Origin: an uncultured Eubacteriales bacterium
GTDB lineage: Bacteria > Bacillota > Clostridia > Oscillospirales > CAG-272
Direction of reading: 5' to 3'
Length of the DNA stretch: 64,000 nucleotides
NCBI GenBank assembly: GCA_934393265.1
Contig: CAKRQL010000004.1
Coordinates: 211,225-275,224 of the forward strand
The notes below the pieces were generated by a model. That model worked only from the letters and a program-made list of their open reading frames with translations, did no database searches and was not told the DNA's origin. Position numbers and translations under genes: made by a program. Shown here piece by piece: positions 1 through 7,341 of the stretch (positions are counted from its first letter, which is position 1; each line of letters opens with the position of its first letter).

Positions 1-960
1 ACCTTTTTCCGTTACCTCTGCGCCGGCAGCTCTGTCCAGGAGATGAGCGCCGATGATTTTTCCGGGATAAGCATACGCGGAATTACCCTTGATGACGCCA
101 AGGCGGTTACGCCGCAGACGGTTATTGAGTTTCTTATGTTCGTGGGCATGGACAGAAAAAATTCAAACACCACGAGAATGAGAAAAATTTCCGCTCTGCG
201 CTCGTTCTACCACTACCTTTTCGCAAAGAAGCATTATATAGACCGTAATCCGATGGAAGAAATTGAATCTCCGAAAAAAAGTCATACCCTTCCGAAATAC
301 CTTACCATGGAGGAGGCACTGCTCCTGCTCCGCACCGTAGAGGCGGACAAGGAATCAAAAACACGCATCCGCGACTATGCAATAATCACGCTTTTTCTCA
401 ATACCGGAATGCGTCTTTCAGAGCTTGTCGGTCTCGACCTCACAAGCTTCACGCCGGATCTCTCCTCCGTCACCGTCGTCGGTAAAGGCAATAAGGAACG
501 GGTCGTATACCTTAACGATGCGGCGCGCGGTGCGGTCGCGGAATATCTTCGTGAGCGACTTGACCCCAAGTTCATCTCGACGAGTATAAAGGCGTTCTTT
601 CTGAGCGGAAGAGACAAACGCATATCAAACAAGACCGTCCAGTGGATCGTTTACAAGTATCTGCGCATGGCGGGTCTCGGCTCACGCGGGCTGTCCGTTC
701 ACAAGCTCCGGCATACGGCGGCGACACTGATGTACCAGTCGGGAAATGTTGATATACGCGTGCTGAAGGATATACTCGGTCACGAGCAGCTCAACACGAC
801 TCAGATATACACACATGTCGTTTCAGGTAATATGGAACGGGCGATGTACAGCAATCCCCTGTCTGAAATCACACCGAAGAATACAGCAAGGTCTGTAAAA
901 TCGCCGCGGGGTGATGACAGCGGGACGACACACGGAGGAAAAAGCAATGACAATCGGTGA
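1..960 (+). CDS. Tyrosine recombinase, XerC/XerD family (5' end lies upstream of window)
   Basis: Frame 1 is open from nt 1. Catalytic-domain motifs are NTGMRLSEL (Arg), HKLRHTAATL (HxxR) and LGHEQLNTTQIYTHV (His..Tyr). The core-binding helix ISALRSFYHYL is present but the first helices are missing, so the true start is outside the window. Confidence 0.85.
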   Translation, partial: TFFRYLCAGSSVQEMSADDFSGISIRGITLDDAKAVTPQTVIEFLMFVGMDRKNSNTTRMRKISALRSFYHYLFAKKHYIDRNPMEEIESPKKSHTLPKYLTMEEALLLLRTVEADKESKTRIRDYAIITLFLNTGMRLSELVGLDLTSFTPDLSSVTVVGKGNKERVVYLNDAARGAVAEYLRERLDPKFISTSIKAFFLSGRDKRISNKTVQWIVYKYLRMAGLGSRGLSVHKLRHTAATLMYQSGNVDIRVLKDILGHEQLNTTQIYTHVVSGNMERAMYSNPLSEITPKNTARSVKSPRGDDSGTTHGGKSNDNR

Positions 961-1789
961 AAAAATCAGGAAACGACGTACCGAGCTACTTCTGACTCAG
1001 GAGGCGGCATCCTCCGGCATAGTGACCCGCAATATGCTGAGCCTTATTGAAAACGGCGGTGCTTCTCCATCCTTTGAAACCCTCAGCAAGCTTGCAAAGC
1101 GGCTTGAACTTCCCGTTGAATATCTCATATCTGACGGGGATGATCTGTTTCCGTTTCTGAAATTCAAAAACGCCGAAAGAATGAGATACCTTTTCAGATC
1201 CGGGCGGTACGCTGAGTGTGCAGAGCTGATTTCGACGCTCGGCGGCACTGATGACGAAACCGAATATCTGCTGACGGATTGCTGCTTCCGTCTAGGGAAA
1301 AAGGCGGTTATAAACGGTTCTCTTGCGACTGCAGAGGGATACCTGCGCACATCGGCGGAGCACAGTAATAAAACCGCATACGAAACGGAACGGATACGCG
1401 CCCTGACATCTCTTTATCTTGCAATATGTAAAAACATACAGTCGCCTCTTCTTGAATTTAATGCGGACGAGTATTCCGCAGATTTTTCGGAAATGAGCGA
1501 ATACGAGCTGACGCGCTATATTTCCGGCGACACTACCTATGATTATAAAAACCCGCTTTTTGCGAAGCACATGGAGGCAAAACGCTTCATTCACGCAAAT
1601 AACCCGACAGCCGCGCTCTCCGTCCTGCGAGAGCTCGAGGAGCATAAGTCTCCTGCCGAATACAATGCACTTGTGATATTCGGAGTTTACGGCGATATAG
1701 AGCAATGCGCAAAGAAGCTATGCGACTACGAAACCGCGTACCGCTATTCACAGAAGCGAATGACGCTTATGAACAATTTCAGAGCATGA
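947..1789 (+). CDS. XRE-family HTH transcriptional regulator with long helical-repeat (TPR-like) C-terminal domain
   Basis: ATG 947 follows GGAGG (933-937). N-terminal HTH: IGEKIRKRRTELLLTQEAAS...NMLSLIENGGASPSFETLSKLAKRLELPVEYL. About 210 aa of helical C-terminus. Overlaps the recombinase stop by 14 nt. Confidence 0.8.
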   Translation: MTIGEKIRKRRTELLLTQEAASSGIVTRNMLSLIENGGASPSFETLSKLAKRLELPVEYLISDGDDLFPFLKFKNAERMRYLFRSGRYAECAELISTLGGTDDETEYLLTDCCFRLGKKAVINGSLATAEGYLRTSAEHSNKTAYETERIRALTSLYLAICKNIQSPLLEFNADEYSADFSEMSEYELTRYISGDTTYDYKNPLFAKHMEAKRFIHANNPTAALSVLRELEEHKSPAEYNALVIFGVYGDIEQCAKKLCDYETAYRYSQKRMTLMNNFRA

Positions 1790-1793
1790 ACAG

Positions 1794-1842
1794 AACGCCG
1801 CACGGCACGGGGATACTATCCGGATACCGTCGGCGTTTTTTT
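1794..1842 (+). terminator. Intrinsic terminator after the recombinase/regulator pair
   Basis: AACGCCG(c)ACGG (1794-1805) pairs with CCGTCGGCGTT (1827-1837), followed by a T7 run (1836-1842). Confidence 0.7.
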
Positions 1843-1876
1843 CGTGTCATAGCTCCGGTAAAAATAATAAAAATAC

Positions 1877-1905
1877 TTGACTTACCTTGAATTTGGTGAT
1901 ATAGT
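1877..1905 (+). promoter_or_regulatory. Sigma-A-type promoter for the decarboxylase operon
   Basis: -35 TTGACT (1877-1882), 17-nt spacer, extended -10 TGaTATAGT (1897-1905). Confidence 0.55.
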
Positions 1906-1978
1906 ATATTTGGTGAAAGTTGGACCATTTACACCTGATGTGTAATCGGTCAAACCCATAAATTGCGGAAGGAGAGAT

Positions 1979-3436
1979 TTGCAACAGTGCAAATCGGGAA
2001 ACAACTTGGATAAGTACACAGATACCGAAGTTTTTGGTCTCCCGACGGCGGAAAAGCTCCGTTCGGAGCTTCTTGCAAGCGAAAACGCAGACATACGGGC
2101 ACAGCTCGCGTCGCTTTTCGACAAGGATACCTTCGTCGAGACCTCGGCTTATGCAAAGCGGGGATTTTCGGATTTCCTCACAGCCGAAGGAGCGCGTGAA
2201 TTTGAAGGGGTCATAACCGGATACGGCGCGATTGACGGCAAACTGGTATTCGCCTTTGCGGAGGACAGTACGCGCATGGGTGGCGCAATTGATGAGAGGC
2301 ATGCAAAAAAGATAACAGACCTCTATGCTCTCGCCATGAAAAACAAGGCTCCGGTCGTCGGAATATTCGATTCCACCGGCGCGGAAATTTTTGAGGGAAC
2401 AGGCTCGCTCTCCGCATACGGCAGGATAGCCGGCGCGGTGGCTCATGCGTCCGGAAAAATTCCGCAGATAGCCTATGTTTACGGCAACTGCTTCGGAACC
2501 GCCGCGGCGATTGCCTCAATGTTCGATATAACGGTAAGGCGGAACGAGGCAAAGCTCTATGTCACTTCCCCTGACCTCACCGGTGTAAAGAACGGACAGG
2601 ATTTTGTTCTGGCGTTTACAGGCGATGACTCACAGTGTGCGGCCTTCATACGGAGCTTGATTTCTTTCCTTCCCTCCTGTGCAGGAGCCGGATCGATTGT
2701 AAACATCTGCGCTGATAACCTCAACCGCCTGCTCGGTGACCCGGATTTTTCCGGCGACGCTCTCGCGGTCGTTTCCGCAATCTCGGATAACGGTGTGTTC
2801 TATGAGCTCGGTCATGACGGAAACGCCATTACCACATCTCTCGCTGTCATTGGGGGCGTCAGGTGCGGAATAATCGCGACCTCTTTTGCGGTCGGCGAAG
2901 GAAGAATTGATGCCGTGGGAGCGCGCAAAGCCGCACGCTTTGTCACATTCTGCGACGCCTACTCTATTCCGGTTGTCACATTGGTCGACTCTCTCGGTAT
3001 AGCAACCGACGCGGAAAATGAAAGAGACGGTCTCGCGCCCGCGCTCGCACGCCTTGCGTTTGCGTATTCGGTCTCTGCGACGCCGAAGGTAACCGTAATT
3101 ACCGGACATGCAATAGGTGCTTCGTTTGTTCTTCTCGGCTCAAAATCCCTCGGAGCCGAGCTTGTATACGCCACCGACAATGCAGAAATAGGTGCGCTCA
3201 ACGCCGAGGCGGGAGTGGCGTTTGCCTGGGACAAGTATATAACTCTCGACACAACACGTGAAACGCTCGTGACCAACTGGAAAGAAAACGTCTCCTCTCC
3301 TGCTGCCGCGGCGGCAAGCGGAGAAATTGATGACATAATTTCCGTGAACGAGATGCGCTGCAGAATATGCTCCGCCCTCCTTATGCTCTCCGGGAACGGC
3401 AACATGACCGGCGGGCGCGGCATTCTTCCCCTCTGA
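1979..3436 (+). CDS. Carboxyltransferase-domain protein, 12S/MmdA/PccB-like, divergent
   Basis: TTG start after GGAAGGAGAG (1967-1976). Family signatures: GVITGYGAIDGKLVFAFAEDSTRMGGAIDERHAKKI, DSTGAEIFEG, and a two-domain layout with a second half ...VTVITGHAIGASF.... Confidence 0.75.
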   Translation: MQQCKSGNNLDKYTDTEVFGLPTAEKLRSELLASENADIRAQLASLFDKDTFVETSAYAKRGFSDFLTAEGAREFEGVITGYGAIDGKLVFAFAEDSTRMGGAIDERHAKKITDLYALAMKNKAPVVGIFDSTGAEIFEGTGSLSAYGRIAGAVAHASGKIPQIAYVYGNCFGTAAAIASMFDITVRRNEAKLYVTSPDLTGVKNGQDFVLAFTGDDSQCAAFIRSLISFLPSCAGAGSIVNICADNLNRLLGDPDFSGDALAVVSAISDNGVFYELGHDGNAITTSLAVIGGVRCGIIATSFAVGEGRIDAVGARKAARFVTFCDAYSIPVVTLVDSLGIATDAENERDGLAPALARLAFAYSVSATPKVTVITGHAIGASFVLLGSKSLGAELVYATDNAEIGALNAEAGVAFAWDKYITLDTTRETLVTNWKENVSSPAAAAASGEIDDIISVNEMRCRICSALLMLSGNGNMTGGRGILPL

Positions 3437-3447
3437 GGAGGTGTACA

Positions 3448-3780
3448 ATGAACGCTTTACTTGAAGTAACCGATTACACTCAGCCGATAGGCGGTTTTCT
3501 TAACAAGCTCTCCTTCGGCGTAATGATGCTTATCATCGGCATGCTTGCGGTTTTCACCGTACTCATAATTATATGGGCTGCTCTCGCTGCGTTCAGTCGC
3601 TTAAGTGAGAGAAAAAAGACTGCAAAGTCTGCGCCGAAACAGGAAATAAAAACCGAGATCTATCATAAGAATACCGCAGATGAGCGGGAGCTCATCGCCG
3701 TTCTCACAGCGGCAGTTTATGCCGCTGAAAGCGAGAACAACGGGCTGAAATTCAGAGTTGTTTCTTTCAGAAAAAAATAA
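3448..3780 (+). CDS. OadG/MmdD-like small membrane subunit of a Na+-translocating decarboxylase
   Basis: ATG 3448 after GAGGAGG (3435-3441). Single N-terminal TM helix (VMMLIIGMLAVFTVLIIIWAALAAF), basic linker, C-terminal ELIAVLTAAVYAAE. Sits between the carboxyltransferase and BCCP genes. Confidence 0.6.
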   Translation: MNALLEVTDYTQPIGGFLNKLSFGVMMLIIGMLAVFTVLIIIWAALAAFSRLSERKKTAKSAPKQEIKTEIYHKNTADERELIAVLTAAVYAAESENNGLKFRVVSFRKK

Positions 3781-3807
3781 TAACGACGCCGAAAGGATGA
3801 TATTGAA

Positions 3808-4176
3808 ATGAAAAAATATAACATTACCGTGAACGGAACCACCTATGAGGTTCTTGTGGAGGAGGCAGATGCGAGCTCTGCCACACCGACGTATCAGGCA
3901 CCCGCATACACACCGGCAGCCGCAAAATCCACTGCCGCGCCCGCGAAAAACACCCCCGTCAGCGGAACTCCCGTAACTGCACCGATGCCCGGCAATATAC
4001 TCGATGTAAAGGCGGAGGCAGGCAAGCCCGTGAAGAAGGGCGATGTCATCTGCGTTCTTGAGGCTATGAAGATGGAGAACGAAATCCCCGCCCCCTGCGA
4101 CGGTGTTATAGGCTCGGTCAATATCACAAAGGGCGCTACGGTAGCCACCGGAGATATCCTTGCTACAATCAACTGA
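3808..4176 (+). CDS. Biotin carboxyl carrier protein (1.3S/MmdC/GcdC-like)
   Basis: Biotinyl-lysine motif VLEAMKMENEI, Ala/Pro-rich linker (PTYQAPAYTPAAAKSTAAPAK), 122 aa. Confidence 0.9.
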   Translation: MKKYNITVNGTTYEVLVEEADASSATPTYQAPAYTPAAAKSTAAPAKNTPVSGTPVTAPMPGNILDVKAEAGKPVKKGDVICVLEAMKMENEIPAPCDGVIGSVNITKGATVATGDILATIN

Positions 4177-4216
4177 TATTCCACCAAAATAATTTAAGAA
4201 ACGGGTTCATTATAAA

Positions 4217-5734
4217 ATGCTTGATGCTATAAAAAACTTTTTGAAGTCAACGGGCATCGCACAGATGTTCTCGAGCTCTGACTGGTGGCAGTATCTCATA
4301 ATGTATGTTATAATCGGGGTTCTGCTCTATCTTGCGATAGTCCGCAAGTTCGAGCCGTTGCTTCTCATGCCGATAGCTTTCGGTATGCTGCTTGCAAACC
4401 TCCCCGGCGCCAACCTGATACATCTCGACTTCTTCTTTGACGGACATTACATTGACAAATATGTCCTTACAGCTCTCACACCCGCACAACTGCAGACAAT
4501 TGCTTCCGAAATGCTCGGATATATAACAGACAGCGGTACGGCTGACGCATTGCGCAGCTTTGTCGCGAATGCCGAACCGGATGCAACTGTTATCTCCGCC
4601 ATACGCTCTATTATGGCAGAAAACATAACAACCACGCATCTGATAGCTGTACTCAACAATTTTACCGTTGGTGCCGTTCCCGTAACGATAGATGCCGTGA
4701 AAAATATGACCTCCGCAGAGCTTGCAAATCTCATTTCTTCCTCCGACTTTGCCGCGTTCTTCGGCTCAGGCGGGCATGTGAAGCTCTCAAAGGTAGTTTC
4801 CGAGGTTGTTTCCGACGGCGGTCTGCTTGATATTCTCTACCTCGGTGTCAAGCTCGGCGTATACCCCTCCCTCATCTTCCTTGGTGTCGGAGCTATGACC
4901 GACTTCTCTCCCCTTATCGCAAATCCGAAATCTCTTCTCATGGGAGCGGGCGCACAGCTCGGTGTATTTGCCGCATTCTTCTTCGCCCTGTTCCTCGGTT
5001 TCTCGCCAATGCAGGCAGCCGCGATAGGTATAATCGGCGGCGCGGACGGACCTACCGCTATTCTTGTCACAAAGGAGCTCGCACCCGAGCTGCTTGGTGC
5101 TATAGCCATAGCCGCGTACTCATACATGGCGCTGATCCCGATTATTCAGCCTCCTTTCATGAAGCTGCTTACCACTCAGAAAGAGCGCGAGATAAAAATG
5201 TCTGAGCTCAGACCCGTCTCTCATTTTGAGAAGGTCATGTTCCCCATTCTCGTTACGGCGATAGTCGTTCTCCTTGTTCCCGATGCGGCGCCACTCGTCG
5301 GTTTCCTTATGCTCGGGAACCTGTTCAATGTGTCCGGCGTATCAGACCGTCTCTCAAAAACAGCGCAGAACGAGCTTATAAACATTGTAACAATCTTCCT
5401 CGGTGTTTCCGTTGGTGCCACCGCGAACGCACAGAACTTCCTGAAGCCGCAGACAATATATATAATCTGCCTCGGGCTTTGTGCATTCATCATCTCGACC
5501 TGCGGCGGACTTCTCACCGGTAAAATCATGTGTAAACTCACCGGAGGCAAGATAAACCCGCTCATCGGCTCTGCCGGCGTCTCTGCTGTCCCCATGGCGG
5601 CGAGAGTATCGCAGGATGTCGGACGCAAGGCTGATCCCTCAAACTTCCTGCTCATGCATGCCATGGGACCGAATGTCGCGGGAGTTATAGGCTCTGCAGT
5701 TGCGGCAGGCGTGTTCCTTAGCTTCTTCCGCTGA
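4217..5734 (+). CDS. Sodium ion-translocating decarboxylase beta subunit (OadB/MmdB/GcdB family)
   Basis: Polytopic membrane protein with family motifs KFEPLLLMPIAFGMLLAN, GVGAMTDF, IIGGADGPTAI, GSAGVSAVPMAARV, LLMHAMGPNVAGVIGSAVAAG. Confidence 0.9.
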   Translation: MLDAIKNFLKSTGIAQMFSSSDWWQYLIMYVIIGVLLYLAIVRKFEPLLLMPIAFGMLLANLPGANLIHLDFFFDGHYIDKYVLTALTPAQLQTIASEMLGYITDSGTADALRSFVANAEPDATVISAIRSIMAENITTTHLIAVLNNFTVGAVPVTIDAVKNMTSAELANLISSSDFAAFFGSGGHVKLSKVVSEVVSDGGLLDILYLGVKLGVYPSLIFLGVGAMTDFSPLIANPKSLLMGAGAQLGVFAAFFFALFLGFSPMQAAAIGIIGGADGPTAILVTKELAPELLGAIAIAAYSYMALIPIIQPPFMKLLTTQKEREIKMSELRPVSHFEKVMFPILVTAIVVLLVPDAAPLVGFLMLGNLFNVSGVSDRLSKTAQNELINIVTIFLGVSVGATANAQNFLKPQTIYIICLGLCAFIISTCGGLLTGKIMCKLTGGKINPLIGSAGVSAVPMAARVSQDVGRKADPSNFLLMHAMGPNVAGVIGSAVAAGVFLSFFR

Positions 5735-5765
5735 TAAGTAACCAACCGAAAGGACAAATAACAAA

Positions 5766-7166
5766 ATGTCAAAGGTATTGATAACAGAAACCGTACTCCG
5801 CGATGCGCACCAGTCGCTCGCGGCTACGCGCATGACCACCGCGGAGATGCTGCCCATTCTTGACGATATGGACAAAATCGGGTACTATTCTATAGAGGCA
5901 TGGGGCGGCGCAACATTTGATGCCTGCCTCCGTTTCCTCCACGAGGACCCGTGGCAGCGGCTTCGCACTATAAGAAACCATGTAAAAAATACAAAGCTTC
6001 AGATGCTCTTCCGCGGGCAGAACATCCTCGGATACCGTCATTACGCGGACGATGTCGTTGAGTACTTTGTGCAGAAGTCCATAGCCAACGGTATTGATAT
6101 TCTCCGTATATTCGACGCGCTTAATGACCCGAGAAACCTCGAGACCGCAATAAAAGCAACAATAAAAGAGGGCGGTCATGTTCAGGCGGCTATTTCCTAT
6201 ACCACCTCGCCCTTCCATACAAACGAAGGCTTCGCACAGTATGCAAAGCAGCTCGAAGGCATGGGCGCACATTCAATCTGCATAAAGGATATGTCCGGAC
6301 TTCTCAAGCCCTATGACGCATATCAGCTTGTAAAGACTATAAAGAACAGTGTAAAGATTCCCGTCCATATTCACACGCACTACACTGCAGGGCTCGCCTC
6401 TATGACGCTTCTCAAGGCAATTGAAGCAGGAGTAGACGGCGTTGATACGGCGATATCTCCTTTCGCAATGGGAACATCACAGGCACCTACGGAGTCGCTT
6501 GTTGCAACACTGCAAGGCACCCCGTACGACACGGGGCTCTCGCTCGAGAAGCTTGACACCATATCCAAGTATTTCACCGGTATCCGCGAAAAATATATAG
6601 CAAGCGGACTTATCGACCCGAAGGTTCTGAAGGTCGATGTGAATGCCCTTCGCTATCAGGTCCCGGGTGGGATGCTCTCAAATCTTATATCACAGCTCAA
6701 GCTCGCCGGAAAGTCGGATAAGCTCGGCGCAGTGCTTGAGGAGGTCGCCCACGTCCGCGAGGACGCAGGTTATCCCCCGCTTGTCACCCCATCGTCGCAG
6801 ATTGTCGGCACGCAGGCAGTCAACAATGTTCTCTTTGCCGACGAGGGCAGATACTCCAGAGTCACAAAGGAGTTCCGCGGGCTTGTACGGGGAGAATACG
6901 GCAAGTGCCCTGCCCCGATTTCTGACGAATTCCGCAAGAAGATAATAGGTGATGCGCCTATTATAGATTATCGTCCGGCGGATAAGATTGCCCCCGAGAT
7001 TGATACTCTCAAGGAGCGCGTTGCTCCGTACCGCGAACAGGATGAGGATCTTCTCTCCCTCGCTCTCTTCGAGCAGGTTGCCATTAAATTCTTCGAGTGG
7101 AGAAAACAGCACAACTACGGGCTCGACGCAAATGCCGACCCGCAGAACGGTGTTCATCCGGTCTGA
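5766..7166 (+). CDS. Oxaloacetate decarboxylase alpha / transcarboxylase 5S-type carboxyltransferase, without a biotinyl domain
   Basis: N-terminal TIM-barrel signature ITETVLRDAHQSL, WGGATFD and HIHTHYTAGLA. The 466-aa protein ends (…DPQNGVHPV) with no AMKM motif. Confidence 0.85.
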   Translation: MSKVLITETVLRDAHQSLAATRMTTAEMLPILDDMDKIGYYSIEAWGGATFDACLRFLHEDPWQRLRTIRNHVKNTKLQMLFRGQNILGYRHYADDVVEYFVQKSIANGIDILRIFDALNDPRNLETAIKATIKEGGHVQAAISYTTSPFHTNEGFAQYAKQLEGMGAHSICIKDMSGLLKPYDAYQLVKTIKNSVKIPVHIHTHYTAGLASMTLLKAIEAGVDGVDTAISPFAMGTSQAPTESLVATLQGTPYDTGLSLEKLDTISKYFTGIREKYIASGLIDPKVLKVDVNALRYQVPGGMLSNLISQLKLAGKSDKLGAVLEEVAHVREDAGYPPLVTPSSQIVGTQAVNNVLFADEGRYSRVTKEFRGLVRGEYGKCPAPISDEFRKKIIGDAPIIDYRPADKIAPEIDTLKERVAPYREQDEDLLSLALFEQVAIKFFEWRKQHNYGLDANADPQNGVHPV

Positions 7167-7203
7167 CCTCTTCTTACCTTACTTCGCTTTAATAAATATC
7201 GGA

Positions 7204-7313
7204 ACGGGTCGGCGTCAGATGGATGCAATGCTTCGTAATCCGAGCGCAATGCGTATCCCCCGTACCGCTCGTGCAAGCTATGCCATACGACGCGCCCGTT
7301 TTGATTTTTATTA
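7204..7313 (+). terminator. Branched structured element ending in a T-run; probable operon terminator, possibly a leader for the downstream genes
   Basis: ACGGGTCGGCGTC (7204-7216) pairs with GACGCGCCCGT (7289-7299), followed by TTTTGATTTTTATT. Inner hairpins and a GCAATGC direct repeat (7225-7231, 7246-7252). Confidence 0.35.
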
Positions 7314-7341
7314 TAGAAGAATAAAGCATACGGAGGCATAT

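Noticed and set aside
1786-1890. A 34-aa ORF (MNRTPHGTGILSGYRRRFFRVIAPVKIIKILDLP) starting in an ATGA overlap with the HTH-TPR regulator stop. It is tempting as a cognate signalling pro-peptide for an RNPP-like regulator.
   Set aside because: It runs straight through the intrinsic terminator (1794-1842) and the next operon's promoter, so a full-length mRNA is unlikely. It has no signal-peptide-like N-terminus and no ribosome-binding site of its own.
1790-1978. A possible invertible promoter (inverton) controlled by the adjacent tyrosine recombinase.
   Set aside because: I found no inverted repeats flanking the 1877-1905 promoter. The only palindromic pieces are the terminator and a small leader hairpin (TTGGACC..GGTCAA, 1919-1953).
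6988-7341. N-terminal extensions offered by the ORF track: 6988 for the reductase, 45167 for dnaG, 20855 for the lipid kinase, 25464 for the response regulator, 49089 for spoIIGA, 17305 for gdpP, 3367 for the OadG-like gene and 911 for the regulator.
   Set aside because: In each case an internal ATG preceded by a good Shine-Dalgarno sequence coincides with the start of family homology. The upstream part overlaps a neighbouring gene, a promoter or a terminator.
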